Notes under the pieces: generated by a model
What the model was told of the DNA's origin: nothing
Seen by the model: only the letters and a program-made list of their open reading frames with translations
The model's database searches: none
Source: an uncultured Pseudomonadota bacterium
GTDB taxonomy: Bacteria; Myxococcota_A; UBA796; SXON01
Length of the DNA: 64,000 nt
Direction of reading: 5' to 3'
Assembly (NCBI GenBank): GCA_903844155.1
Contig: CAIMSU010000259.1
Span: forward strand, 15,808 to 79,807
In this document: positions 38,929 through 49,184 of the stretch, one piece after another
How positions within the stretch are numbered: the first letter of the stretch is position 1
Layout: every line of letters begins with the position of its first letter
Translations under genes and position numbers: made by a program

Positions 38929-39648
38929 TCAGCCCGAGACCATCACCCCATCACGGTAGAACGCCAGATCGTTGACGTACTTGTTGTACTGCGAGTTGTC
39001 CATCAGGATGACGATGAGGGTGTTGACGGTGCCGGGGACGGCGTTGTCGAGCGGCCAGGATCCGCTCCCGTTCAACGAGATCTGCCCGAGGATCGCGTCG
39101 TTGACGACGACCTCGATGCCGTCGTCGACGGTCCCGGAGCTGATCTGGTAACGGCTGGGGTCGTCGGAGGCGTCGAGCCAGAAGTCACAGAGGATGTAGC
39201 TGAAGCTCGCCTCGGTGAAGGTGGGGATCGTGCTGTCGCTGGTGAAGGTGAGCGGGCCGCTGACGGGCGTCGGCGCGCCTGCACGGCCGATGACATAAGA
39301 GCGGAGGTTGGCGAAATCGGCGACCGGGTCCGCGCTGCCGATCATGCCGTGGGCGCCGGACGGCTCGTACCAGTAGCCGTCCGGATCACCGTAGTCCGTG
39401 ACGGCGTGGTTGGGGTCGGACTGGGTGTCGTACGGATCGTCCGAGTCGACGATGTACCAGCCGGTGCTGAAGCCATCGAAGGGCGGGCCGGAGTCGGGGG
39501 CGCTGTCGCCGACGGAGGAGTCTGCGGCGTAGTTCGCGCCCTTTGGGTCGGACCCAGGGCTGACATAGGCCTGATCGGAGCACGCGGAGAGCACGAGCAG
39601 GCAGGCGACACCGGCGAGGAGGGCGATCTCGGTGAGGGTGGGGGGCAT
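38929..39648 (-). CDS. Hypothetical lipoprotein with jelly-roll-like C-terminal domain
   Basis: Lipobox LVLSAC after ATG 39648; VDDGIEVVVND...NTLIVILMD resembles carbohydrate-binding jelly rolls. Confidence 0.7.
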   Translation of the reverse strand: MPPTLTEIALLAGVACLLVLSACSDQAYVSPGSDPKGANYAADSSVGDSAPDSGPPFDGFSTGWYIVDSDDPYDTQSDPNHAVTDYGDPDGYWYEPSGAHGMIGSADPVADFANLRSYVIGRAGAPTPVSGPLTFTSDSTIPTFTEASFSYILCDFWLDASDDPSRYQISSGTVDDGIEVVVNDAILGQISLNGSGSWPLDNAVPGTVNTLIVILMDNSQYNKYVNDLAFYRDGVMVSG

Positions 39649-39744
39649 GACCACGCGGCAAGCAAGAAGCGAGCCAACAACGCTCACGTTCAAACGCCGG
39701 GAAAACGTAGACTCCGGCGATGACTGGGGCAGCGGTGTCTCAAA

Positions 39745-40656
39745 ATGGTGGGATGTCGATGCCCCAACGCGGCGTTCCACCCGAGCGCACCTCGCCCGTG
39801 CCCGCAGAACCGGCTACCCGCGCGCCGTGTCCCTACGCCGCGCCTCCTTCCCACGCTGCACCGAACCTTGTCGTTCAGCCTCTTGATCACGGTGCTCTGC
39901 GCGCTCGCCGCAGCACATCCGGGCGTCCACAAGGCCTCCGCGCATCCGGCGCCCGAGATCCTCGGGCAGCGGCTCGACATCGCGGTCATCGACCGATCCA
40001 TCGAGACCGACTGCCGCGAGGGCGACTCGTCGGATTGTGGCTACTACCTCGAGGTCAAGTACACCGCAGAGGTCCCCGAGCGTCGCGTCCTGTCCGAAGT
40101 AGCGATGGACGCCCAGAATGGCGGGGACCAGAAGCAGTACGCGGCGCGCCGGCTTGTGGAGCTGGCTGGCGGGCTCCGCGTGCGCTGGCAAGGCGCGGCC
40201 CTGGCCCTCCCTTCCGTTGAGGTCGAGCACGCAGCCCGCAATGGCGAACCTGGCTTCCTCGAGTTCCATGTCCTGCTGTACGGCCCGCTCCCGAGCCTGG
40301 GCGGCAAGCTCGAGGTCCAGAACGGAAACTACCCAGACGACCAGTGCTTTTACGCCACCAGCGTCAGCGTCCCCGGCTCCTACGTCGTCACCCAGACCTC
40401 GCTCGGTCACGTCGTCGACGGCCTGCTCCGCGACAGCACGCACGGCGCCTGGACAAAGAAGGATGAAGCCAGGGAGTTTTCGATGACGCTGCGTCCTGCC
40501 GGCTATTGGGAAGAGCGCGACGGCGACCTTCCGTTGCCCGAGCGGATGGCGGGCTTGCAGACGCTGTCGGCGCCAAAGTGGGTGTGGGCGGCCGGAAGTA
40601 CCGCGATCGCGTTGGCGGGCGGGCTGGCGTTCTGGCGCCTGCGGGCACGGGCATGA
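39745..40656 (+). CDS. Hypothetical secreted protein with C-terminal membrane anchor
   Basis: Signal-like LITVLCALAAAHP, C-terminal TM helix + RLRARA; stop overlaps murJ ATG; true start probably downstream of 39745. Confidence 0.65.
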   Translation: MVGCRCPNAAFHPSAPRPCPQNRLPARRVPTPRLLPTLHRTLSFSLLITVLCALAAAHPGVHKASAHPAPEILGQRLDIAVIDRSIETDCREGDSSDCGYYLEVKYTAEVPERRVLSEVAMDAQNGGDQKQYAARRLVELAGGLRVRWQGAALALPSVEVEHAARNGEPGFLEFHVLLYGPLPSLGGKLEVQNGNYPDDQCFYATSVSVPGSYVVTQTSLGHVVDGLLRDSTHGAWTKKDEAREFSMTLRPAGYWEERDGDLPLPERMAGLQTLSAPKWVWAAGSTAIALAGGLAFWRLRARA

Positions 40657-42539
40657 GCGAGGTGCGCGCCGAGACCCGCAGCGGCGGGACCGCCACGGCG
40701 CTGGTGGGCGCGGCCAACGCGATCGGGCGGATCACAGGAATGGTCGCGGAGATGGTCATGTCGGCGGTGTTCGGCGTGGGGATGGCGACAGACGCCTACT
40801 ACGCCGCCATCCGCATCCCCCAGCTTCTACGCGAGCTTCTGGCCGAGGGCAGCCTGCAGAACGCGTTCGTGCCGGCGTTCTCCGAGGCGAACGAAAAGGA
40901 GGGAGTTGACGGGGCCTGGCGGCTGGCGAGCGCCTTCCTCGGGGTGCTGCTCATGGTCCTCGGCGGGACCGTCGTCATCTTCTGGCTCGGGGCCCCCTGG
41001 CTTGTGCGGCTGATGGCCGAAGGATTCACCGACAACGCCGAGAAGTACGCGCTCACCATCGCCCTGACGCGCTGGCTCTCGCCCTTCCTCGTCGGCCTCT
41101 CCCTCGCTGGTTTCGTAGCGGCGATGCTGAACGTTCGCGGCAAATTCTTCTGGCCAGCGATGGCACAGAACGCGTTCAACCTGCTGATCATCGCGGGGGC
41201 GCTCGGATCGGCCCGGTTCTCGGCGGCGACGGGGCTGCCTGCCATCGTGGCCGTCGCCATCGCCACGACGCTCTCGGGGTTCGTCCAGCTCGCGGTGACG
41301 GCACCTGCGCTCTGGCGGGAAGGCTTCCGCTTTCGCCCCACGCTGGGCGGGCATCCCGGCCTCGGACGAATGCTCCGATACCTGGGTCCGGCGATCATCG
41401 GCATATCAACCGTGCAGTTCAACCTGGTGGTCGAAAACCAGTGGGCCAGCGACTACGGCGACGGCCCGGTGACCTGGCTGATAAAAAGTTTTCGTCTCGT
41501 CCAAATTCCGCTCGCCGTGTTCAGCGGGAGCGTGGCAACCACGGCGTTGGCGGCGGTTTCTCGCCATGTTGCGCGGGGTGAGGATCGGGAGGTCGGCGAC
41601 GAGGTCGCGCGGGCCCTGACGCTCAACACCGCGCTGGTGCTGCCCTGCGGCGTCGCGTTCTTCGTGCTCGCCCAGCCGCTGGTCGCGCTGTTGTTTCAGC
41701 GCGGCGCCTTCACCGCCACCGACACGCTGAACACCGCGAACATGCTGCAGATGTACGCGCTCGCGGTGCTCGGCATCTGCACCCAGCGTCTCGCGGTGCC
41801 CCTCTACTACGCCCTCGGTGACCCAAAGACCCCGATGCGCCTGTCGATTGGCGCGATGCTGGCGAAGATCCCCGTGATCCTGCTGCTCACCCACGGCTTC
41901 GGGCTCGGTGTGGAGGCGCTCCCCCTCTCGCACGCGATCACCGTGAGCGGCGAGTGTGTCTTCCTCGCCTGGTTCCTACGGGATCGCGTGGCGGGCCGGA
42001 AAATGTTGCGCGAACACGTGAAAATTGCTGTCGCCTCAGCGGCGCTTGGGCTGACGGCCTGGGTGACGCGCGACCATTTGCCCGTGATCGCCGTGTGCGC
42101 AGTGGCGGCCGCCGTGTACCTCGCCATCGCCATTCCGTCCGGTGCGTTGAAGCTTGACTTTCTCCGGGCGCTCCGGGGAAACCCGGGGCTGCCACCGAGC
42201 GTGGACCGGGAGACGGAGGAGGCGCTCCGGGCGCTCGCGGCTGGCGGGATGATCGTCGAGGACGCCGACGGCGTCGGAGTCGTAGACCCGACCGGCGACC
42301 GGTCCTGGCGGCTCGGGGCGAGCGACGGTGCCCTCATCGCCGTCCCCTCGACCCCAGGTGGCCCCGGGATCGGCCCAGCCACGAGCGTCTCGGCCATCCT
42401 ACGTCCGGGCCGTCCGCCGCGCGTGGTCGGCCTTGTGGTCACGACGGCGGGCCCGGAGCGGGGGTGGCATGCTGACGGCAACGTCCTGGTCGAGGGGGCG
42501 ACGCCGGGGCCGAGAATTCCGGTCGGCGGCGCCGCGTAG
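40653..42539 (+). CDS. murJ: MurJ/MviN lipid II flippase with C-terminal extension
   Basis: FG.GMATDAY...RIP.LLRELLAEGSLQNAFVP, RL.QIPL.VF, LFQRGAFT, FYALG-like YYALGDPKTP. Confidence 0.9.
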   Translation: MSEVRAETRSGGTATALVGAANAIGRITGMVAEMVMSAVFGVGMATDAYYAAIRIPQLLRELLAEGSLQNAFVPAFSEANEKEGVDGAWRLASAFLGVLLMVLGGTVVIFWLGAPWLVRLMAEGFTDNAEKYALTIALTRWLSPFLVGLSLAGFVAAMLNVRGKFFWPAMAQNAFNLLIIAGALGSARFSAATGLPAIVAVAIATTLSGFVQLAVTAPALWREGFRFRPTLGGHPGLGRMLRYLGPAIIGISTVQFNLVVENQWASDYGDGPVTWLIKSFRLVQIPLAVFSGSVATTALAAVSRHVARGEDREVGDEVARALTLNTALVLPCGVAFFVLAQPLVALLFQRGAFTATDTLNTANMLQMYALAVLGICTQRLAVPLYYALGDPKTPMRLSIGAMLAKIPVILLLTHGFGLGVEALPLSHAITVSGECVFLAWFLRDRVAGRKMLREHVKIAVASAALGLTAWVTRDHLPVIAVCAVAAAVYLAIAIPSGALKLDFLRALRGNPGLPPSVDRETEEALRALAAGGMIVEDADGVGVVDPTGDRSWRLGASDGALIAVPSTPGGPGIGPATSVSAILRPGRPPRVVGLVVTTAGPERGWHADGNVLVEGATPGPRIPVGGAA

Positions 42540-42556
42540 GCGAGGCCGAGGGCCGG

Positions 42557-43255
42557 TCAACCGGCGACGAGCAACCCGCTGGAGAGGCGCACGACGCGAT
42601 CGAACCGGGCGGCGAGGTCCATGGCGTGGGTGACCACGATGAGCGTGACGCCGCGCTCCTTCTGGACCTCCCGCAACAGCCCGATGACGTCGGCCGCTGT
42701 GCCGGGATCGAGGTTGCCGGTGGGCTCATCGGCGAGGAGGAGGACGGGGTCCATCACCAGCGCGCGGGCGAGGGCCACGCGCTGTTGTTCGCCGCCGGAG
42801 AGCTCACCAGGGCGATGCTGCAGGCGTTGTTCCAGCCCCACGCGAACGAGCAGGGCGCGTGCCCGGGCCCTCGCGGCCGGGAGCGGCTCACGGGCGATCA
42901 ACGCCGGCATCGCGACGTTGTCCAGCGCCGTCTGGTCGGGGAGGAGGTGGTGGAATTGGAAGACGAGGCCGACGTCGCGGTTCCGGAAGCGGTCCAACTC
43001 AGCCCGCGAGACGGTCGAGCGCGCGACGCCGGAGACGACAACGTCGCCGCGAGTGGGGGGCTCGAGCGCCGCGAGAATATGGAGGAACGTCGATTTTCCG
43101 GACCCGGATTGGCCGACGAGGGCGACGGCCTCGCCCGTGCCGACGGCCATGCTCGCGCCCCGGAGGACGTCGATCTGTTGCCCCCCCTTGTGAAAGGTCC
43201 GCCAAAGCTCACGGACCTCCAGGGACGCACCTCCCCTGCCCTGGGCCTCACTCAT
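42557..43255 (-). CDS. lolD: Lipoprotein-releasing ABC transporter ATP-binding subunit
   Basis: GQSGSGKST, VFQFHHLLPD, PGELSGGEQQR, LADEPTGNLD; adjacent to lolC/E. Confidence 0.92.
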   Translation of the reverse strand: MSEAQGRGGASLEVRELWRTFHKGGQQIDVLRGASMAVGTGEAVALVGQSGSGKSTFLHILAALEPPTRGDVVVSGVARSTVSRAELDRFRNRDVGLVFQFHHLLPDQTALDNVAMPALIAREPLPAARARARALLVRVGLEQRLQHRPGELSGGEQQRVALARALVMDPVLLLADEPTGNLDPGTAADVIGLLREVQKERGVTLIVVTHAMDLAARFDRVVRLSSGLLVAG

Positions 43256-44552
43256 AGCGGAGCCCCTCGACCGGATCCAGCCGGCTCGCCTTCCACGCCG
43301 GGTAGATCGTAGCCGCAAACGAGATCAACAGCGAGCCGACCACCACAGCAACCACGTTGATCGGCTCCACCACGACCGGCAGCGAGTCCAGGTAGTAGAC
43401 GTTCGTGTCCAGCGGAAACTTGTATCGCTGGAGGAACGCGCACCCAAGCAAGCCAAGCACGGTCCCAAGCACCGTCCCCACCACTCCGACGATGCTGCCC
43501 TCCAAAACGAACACCGTCCGGATCATCCGGTCCGTCGCCCCGATCGCCTTCAGGATGGCGATCTCCCGCGCCCGCGTGATCACCATGACGATCAGGTTCG
43601 TGACGATGCCGACGCCCGCTACGGTGATGATCTGCGCGAGGATCAGCCCCATCACGTACTTCTCCAGCTTCAGCGCGCTGAACAGCGAAGCGTTCACCGT
43701 CAGCCAGTTCTTGGTGTAGAACGGGTAGCCCAGCCTGGCCTCCGCGTCTGCGGCCACGTTCGGCGCGTCGTACACGCGATCGTTGGAGAGACGCGCCTCG
43801 ATCGCCGTGACGCTGTTGCCAATCTCTGTGAAGCTCTGGGCGTCGGGTATGGTGACGTAGGACCACTTCGTGTCGTACTCGTAGAACCCGGTGTAGAAGA
43901 TCCCGGCCACGCGAAAAGTCGTGGTCTTGGCGATCGGCACACCGAACGCCCCGACCCCGCCACCAACCGGGTTGATGACGTAGATCTTGTCTCCCGGGTA
44001 CACCTTGAGCGAGTCGGCCAGCTCACTTCCAAGGAGAATCCCAGGAAAATGCTCGGTGTCCCCAAGGTCCTGGGCAAGCGCGGGGGGCGGGTCGTGCAGC
44101 GTGTCGAGGATGTGCTGCCGCTCCTCCTTGCCTGATGGCGTCCCAAGCGAACCCGTCTTGATGCTCGAGACGATGTCGGTCACAGTGGGGGTGAGGAGCG
44201 GGTCAACTCCCTTGAGCACCGCTCCGGCCGTCGCAAACTGCGACCGCATCATCACCTCGCTGTACACAAAGGGGCTCGCCGCGATGACGCCCGGGGTCTC
44301 CTTGACGACCTTCACAGCCGCGTCCGGGTCGGCGATGCTCCCCTCATAGGAGAGTACGACCACATGCGCGTTGAAGCCAAGGATCTTGTCCCGCAAATCC
44401 CCCTCGAAACCCTGCATCACCGCGAGCACGATGATCAGCATCTGCACGCCCAGCGTGATGCCGAGCACCGAAAGGATCGCGATCAAGCTCACACCTGCGT
44501 CCTGCCTGCGCGATCGCAGGTGCGACCACGCGACGAGGAATTCAAACCGCAT
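43248..44552 (-). CDS. lolE: Lipoprotein-releasing ABC transporter permease LolC/E
   Basis: LIIVLAVMQGFE.DLRDKILG, LFSALKLEK, REIAILKAIG, YYLDSLP, LDPVEGLRYE. Confidence 0.93.
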   Translation of the reverse strand: MRFEFLVAWSHLRSRRQDAGVSLIAILSVLGITLGVQMLIIVLAVMQGFEGDLRDKILGFNAHVVVLSYEGSIADPDAAVKVVKETPGVIAASPFVYSEVMMRSQFATAGAVLKGVDPLLTPTVTDIVSSIKTGSLGTPSGKEERQHILDTLHDPPPALAQDLGDTEHFPGILLGSELADSLKVYPGDKIYVINPVGGGVGAFGVPIAKTTTFRVAGIFYTGFYEYDTKWSYVTIPDAQSFTEIGNSVTAIEARLSNDRVYDAPNVAADAEARLGYPFYTKNWLTVNASLFSALKLEKYVMGLILAQIITVAGVGIVTNLIVMVITRAREIAILKAIGATDRMIRTVFVLEGSIVGVVGTVLGTVLGLLGCAFLQRYKFPLDTNVYYLDSLPVVVEPINVVAVVVGSLLISFAATIYPAWKASRLDPVEGLRYE

Positions 44553-46135
44553 CAGCCCGCGGTCTCAGTTCCGCCCGACGCCGGGCGACGTGTGGGGAAC
44601 AGGATGACGTCGCGGATGCTGCGGGAGTTCGTGAGCAACATGACGAGCCGGTCGATGCCCAGGCCCTCGCCGGCGGTCGGCGGGAGCCCGAACGAGAGCG
44701 CGTCGATGTAGTCGGCGTCAAAGTGCATCGCCTCTTCGGCGTCCTTGCCCTTCAGTCGTGCCTGGTCGGCGAAGCGCGCAGCTTGATCCTTGGGATCGTT
44801 GAGCTCGTTGAACCCGTTGGCGATCTCACGCCCCGCGATGAAGAGTTCAAACCGGTCCGCGAGCGTTGGGTCAGCGTCGTTGCGGCGCGCCAGCGGGCTG
44901 ATCTCAATCGGGAAATGGGTGACGAACGTGGGTTGGGTGAGGTGCTTCTCGACGTCCATGTCGAAGATCTTCTCCCAGAACCGACCAAGCGTGGGGGGGA
45001 TGTGGTCGGGGTTGAAGTCGGGGTGTTTCCGACCATAGGCCGCCGTCAGGCTCCCCATCTCACTGACGTCGGCAATCGTCACTGGCGCGAACCCGTCGAC
45101 GCTCAACCCCTCGGCGATGAGCGAGGCATAGCTTCGCCGAGCCCACTGTCCCCCGAATTCCAGCGTGAGTGTCTCGCCCTCGCGCACCTCGAACGCCACT
45201 GTCGTTCCGCCGAAAAGCGTTGTCACCAGGCCCTGGACCAGGGCCTCCGTCCGCTCCATCAACCCCTCCCACGTCTGCCAAGCCTCGTAGAACTCAAGCA
45301 TCGTGAACTCGGGATTGTGCGTCTGATCGATGCCCTCGTTGCGGAAGTTCCGGTTGATCTCAAAGACCCGCTCCATGCCGCCGACCACGAGCCGCTTGAG
45401 GTAAAGCTCGGGGGCCACACGCAAGTAGAGGTCCAGGTCCAAGGCGTTGTGATGGGTGACGAACGGCCGCGCGGTCGCACCGCCGGGGATGACGTGCATC
45501 ATCGGCGTCTCCACCTCCACAAAACCGTCTGCCTCAAAGTAGCGGCGGATGTAGCTCACGATCATCGACCGCTTCAGGAAGACCGCCCGCGACTCCTCGT
45601 TCACGAAGAGGTCCACGTAGCGCTGCCGTTGGCGCGCCTCCGGGTCCGAGAGTCCGTGAAACTTGTCCGGCAACGAGCGCACACACTTGGTCGCCAGCCG
45701 CAGGGCCCGCACGTGCACCGAAAGCTCGCCCGTGCGCGTACGCATCAGGCCGCCCTGCACCCAAACGATGTCGCCGAGGTCCAGCTTCTTCCAGAGCGCG
45801 AACGCCTCCTCGCCCACGTCGTCCTTCTTCACGTAGATCTGGATCCGTTCGGTGCGGTCGAGCACGCGCCCAAACCCCGCCTTCCCCATCTCGTTCTTGA
45901 ACATCAGCCGACCGCCGAACACGAACCCGTCGCCCAACGGCGCGAGATCGATGCGCTCGGGCGGCGTTTCCCGTTCGGCCCGCGCCGCGGCCAGTACGGC
46001 CGCCTCGTACGCCTCTGCGTCCTCGCGGATCTGCCGCGCGGTGTGGCTCACCGCGAAGCCGTGTGGCCAGGGCGCGATGCCATCGGCCGCGAGCTGCTCG
46101 GCCTTCGCCAGGCGGGTGGGGTCAAACTCGTACAT
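44552..46135 (-). CDS. lysS: Lysine--tRNA ligase (class II)
   Basis: GRLMFKNEMGK, RQRYVDL, GGATARPF.THHNALD, FRNEG...HNPEFT, GLGIDRLVMLLT. Confidence 0.99.
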   Translation of the reverse strand: MYEFDPTRLAKAEQLAADGIAPWPHGFAVSHTARQIREDAEAYEAAVLAAARAERETPPERIDLAPLGDGFVFGGRLMFKNEMGKAGFGRVLDRTERIQIYVKKDDVGEEAFALWKKLDLGDIVWVQGGLMRTRTGELSVHVRALRLATKCVRSLPDKFHGLSDPEARQRQRYVDLFVNEESRAVFLKRSMIVSYIRRYFEADGFVEVETPMMHVIPGGATARPFVTHHNALDLDLYLRVAPELYLKRLVVGGMERVFEINRNFRNEGIDQTHNPEFTMLEFYEAWQTWEGLMERTEALVQGLVTTLFGGTTVAFEVREGETLTLEFGGQWARRSYASLIAEGLSVDGFAPVTIADVSEMGSLTAAYGRKHPDFNPDHIPPTLGRFWEKIFDMDVEKHLTQPTFVTHFPIEISPLARRNDADPTLADRFELFIAGREIANGFNELNDPKDQAARFADQARLKGKDAEEAMHFDADYIDALSFGLPPTAGEGLGIDRLVMLLTNSRSIRDVILFPTRRPASGGTETAG

Positions 46136-46141
46136 GCGGCC

Positions 46142-47248
46142 TCAAGTCCTCGGGATGTCGAACGTGTCGTAGACGAACGCGAAGTCCTTCTGGATCCGCT
46201 CTTTTGTAAGGCCATACTCCGCAAGGTTGTACTCGTGCTCGGACTTGCGCGTCCGTTGGCTGCGGGCGGTCTCGTCGATCACACGCTCCAATTCTGGCGA
46301 GAGGGGCTGGCCGATGAACGCGCAGATCTGCCGCATCTCCACATCAAAGTCCTCCATCAGGCGATGGTAGCGCACCACGTAGACCCGCTCGGCCGGCAGT
46401 TGGCCGGCCACGTAGGCGTCGTGAAAGCGCTTGTAGAGCTGCAGACTGCCGAGGTAGATCCGCTCGAAGTACCGTGCACGCGACTCGGGCGAGGCCTTGT
46501 CCCAGGGGAGCGCGTTCTTCAGCACGCCCGCGAGCAGGGACATGCCGCTGGGGATGACATTGACCGGGTCCCGCACCATGTAGAGGAACTTCCCTTCGGG
46601 GAACGCCGTAAGTGCAGCCTGGGGGCGGAGCGCCATCGAAAAAAGCTTCGCGACGTTCCGGTCCGCCATCCCGCCGCCCCGCCGATACCAGAGCAGGTTC
46701 CGCTTCAGGCAGTCCCTCAACCAGTTGAAGTCGCGGGGGCTGTGGACCATCAGCTCGGCTTCGAGGATCGGCATGTGGTCGGTCTCGTCCCAGGCCAGAA
46801 AATACCCGTACAAAAAGAGACCGTCGACGAACCGGAAGAAGGAGAGGACGTCGTCCGTCTCGACGGAGCTCAGCGAGGTGGGATGTGCCTTGGAAGCATG
46901 AAAACGGGCGGGCGAGATGTGCTCGAGGAGCGGGATGAAGGGGCGGACGAGGACGCGCGCCGTGAGGTAGGGAAAGAGCAACTGCCAGAGCTGGAACCCG
47001 ACTCCGAGCTTCTGGTCGACCATGAAGCGATGCAGGAAGGTCGTGCCAGATCGCGGATTTCCGACGATGAAGACGGGCGCGCCCAACGGCGTCTCTCGCC
47101 AGCCCGGATGGAAGACGGCGTCCGCCGCGCGCGCGCAGGCGCCGAAGGCCCGGTTGACGCCGAGCATCGTGAAAATGAAGATTGGACGCGGCGAGAAGCC
47201 GAACGTCCGGTTGACGATACCCTGCACGAGACGGAGGCGAGCGAACAT
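46142..47248 (-). CDS. Sulfotransferase family protein
   Basis: PAPS-binding VFIVGNPRSGTTFLH and YMVRDP...S motifs; ATG 47248. Confidence 0.88.
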   Translation of the reverse strand: MFARLRLVQGIVNRTFGFSPRPIFIFTMLGVNRAFGACARAADAVFHPGWRETPLGAPVFIVGNPRSGTTFLHRFMVDQKLGVGFQLWQLLFPYLTARVLVRPFIPLLEHISPARFHASKAHPTSLSSVETDDVLSFFRFVDGLFLYGYFLAWDETDHMPILEAELMVHSPRDFNWLRDCLKRNLLWYRRGGGMADRNVAKLFSMALRPQAALTAFPEGKFLYMVRDPVNVIPSGMSLLAGVLKNALPWDKASPESRARYFERIYLGSLQLYKRFHDAYVAGQLPAERVYVVRYHRLMEDFDVEMRQICAFIGQPLSPELERVIDETARSQRTRKSEHEYNLAEYGLTKERIQKDFAFVYDTFDIPRT

Positions 47249-47630
47249 CGGGCGCGGGCTATCGCGCGCACCCCACCGGATCGAGCGCGCTGCCCCTGCT
47301 TCGGGAGATTGACGCGGACGCCGCGCCGTGCGACGTTTGACGCGCAGGCGTCTTCGACGCCTCCGCTTTTTCCCGCGCCTCCCGCGCACCTCGCCCTCTC
47401 GCACATCCACCCTCACCCGAACCCCGGCCCTGTTGTCCACCGCGTTGTAGCGGTCGTGACCGAGACCCTGGAGCCTCCCTCGTGGTCCCCTTCCTGCCCC
47501 ACCGCCCCGCACCCGCGCACCGCGCGTCCGTCAACGGACGTCGCGGGGGACGCGCTGGGCCCGTGCCCCTGGCAGAGATGGCCGCGTCGCTCCCCCCCTC
47601 GTCACGCACGGCGGCCGCCTGGAGATCCTC

Positions 47631-49184
47631 TTGGGCACCGAAATTCTCGTCAATTCCACCGGCAAGGAAACCCGCGTCGCGCTGATGGAAGGCTCGCAGC
47701 TCTCCGAGCTGCACATCGATCGCGGCGTGGACCGCGGCTACGTCGGAAACGTCTACCTCGGAAAGGTCGTCCGCGTGCTTCCCGGCATGCAAGCGGCCTT
47801 TGTTGACGTTGGCATGGAGCGGGCCGCGTTCCTGTACGTCGGCGACATCTACCCGCAGTTCCTCGACGGCAAGAACCACGACGACGACGCGGACGACGAC
47901 GACGGCCCAGACCGCGGCCTCGACGAAGACGCGACCGTCGCGGAGGAGGGCCTGCCCCGCGGGGCCCCACGCCCCGGGCAACCTGCGATCCAGGATCTGC
48001 TGACGGAAGGCCAGGAGATCGTGGTCCAGGTCGCGAAGGACCCCATCGGCACGAAGGGCGCGCGCGTCACCACGCACATCACCCTCCCGGGCCGCTACCT
48101 CGTGTTCATGCCGACGGTCGACCACGTCGGCATCTCCCGTCGCATCGACCGGGACCGTGAGCGTCGGCGTTTGCGCGATTTCATCGAGAAGAGTCGCCCG
48201 AAGGGCGCCGGCTTCATCGTCCGCACCGTCTGCGCGACGCAGACCAACGCAACGCTGAAGACCGACATGAACTACCTTGTCGCAACCTGGGAAAAGATTC
48301 AGGCGGCGGCGACCACGAAAAAGGCCCCCGCGCCGTTGCACCTCGACCACGGCCTTGTGCTCCGCATCGTCCGGGACGCGTTCCACGAGGACGTGGACCG
48401 GATGGTCGTCGACAACCCGAAGCTTTTTGAGGAAGTGCAGGAATTCATGGTCGAATTCAGCCCCGAGCTCAAGGAGAAGGTGCACCTGTACCGGGGTGCC
48501 GAGCCGATGTTCGACAACTTTGGCGTCGAGGACGAGATCACGCGCGCGACTTCCCGGCGTGTGTGGCTGAAGAGCGGCGGCTACCTCGTCATCGACCAGA
48601 CCGAGGCGCTGACCGCGATCGACGTCAACTCGGGCAAATTCGTCGGTACGGCGAGCCTGGAGGAGACGACGCTGCGCGTGAACATGGAGGCGGTCAAGGA
48701 GATCGTCTACCAGCTCCGCCTCCGAAACATCGGCGGCATCATCATCCTCGACCTCATCGACATGGACAAGGAGCAGAACCGGGACAAGGTGTTCCGCGCG
48801 CTCGAGGAGGAGTTGAAGAAGGACCGCGCGCGCACGAACGCCCTGAAGATCTCCGAGCTCGGCCTGGTGCAAATGACGCGAAAGCGCGTGCAGGAGGACC
48901 TCGTCCGCTACCTTTCCGAGCCCTGCCCGACGTGCGAGGGCCGCGGGAACATCAAGTCGCGGCAGACGATCTGCTACGAGGTGTTCCGCGAATTGCAGCG
49001 CGAATCAACGCGCTCGCTGGCCGCGGCCACCCTGTACGTGAACGTGCACCCCAGCGTCGCGGACATGCTTTATGGCGAGGAGTTCAGCGTCTTCGAAGCG
49101 GTTGAGGCCAGGCTCGCGCGCAAGATCGTCGTCCGGGCGCTGCAGCACATGCACCAGGAGAAGTTCGAGGTTTACTCACGATAA
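47631..49184 (+). CDS. rng: Ribonuclease G/E family (Rne/Rng)
   Basis: GNVYLGKV.RVLPGMQAAFVD, QV.KDPIG.KGAR, TEALTAIDVNSG, LRNIGGIIILD.IDM, CPTCEGRG; TTG start. Confidence 0.95.
   Translation: MGTEILVNSTGKETRVALMEGSQLSELHIDRGVDRGYVGNVYLGKVVRVLPGMQAAFVDVGMERAAFLYVGDIYPQFLDGKNHDDDADDDDGPDRGLDEDATVAEEGLPRGAPRPGQPAIQDLLTEGQEIVVQVAKDPIGTKGARVTTHITLPGRYLVFMPTVDHVGISRRIDRDRERRRLRDFIEKSRPKGAGFIVRTVCATQTNATLKTDMNYLVATWEKIQAAATTKKAPAPLHLDHGLVLRIVRDAFHEDVDRMVVDNPKLFEEVQEFMVEFSPELKEKVHLYRGAEPMFDNFGVEDEITRATSRRVWLKSGGYLVIDQTEALTAIDVNSGKFVGTASLEETTLRVNMEAVKEIVYQLRLRNIGGIIILDLIDMDKEQNRDKVFRALEEELKKDRARTNALKISELGLVQMTRKRVQEDLVRYLSEPCPTCEGRGNIKSRQTICYEVFRELQRESTRSLAAATLYVNVHPSVADMLYGEEFSVFEAVEARLARKIVVRALQHMHQEKFEVYSR

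Noticed and set aside
47249-47630. Structured ncRNA in the 380-nt gap upstream of rng
   Set aside because: GC-rich with no recognisable tRNA, riboswitch or repeat motif; cannot be supported without a covariance search.
44723-47806. 1027-aa plus-strand ORF and other long shadow ORFs (e.g. 8707..10191 +, 16575..18389 -, 60512..62419 -)
   Set aside because: Antisense to well-supported genes; Arg/Ala/Pro-rich with no motifs, typical of high-GC off-frame ORFs.
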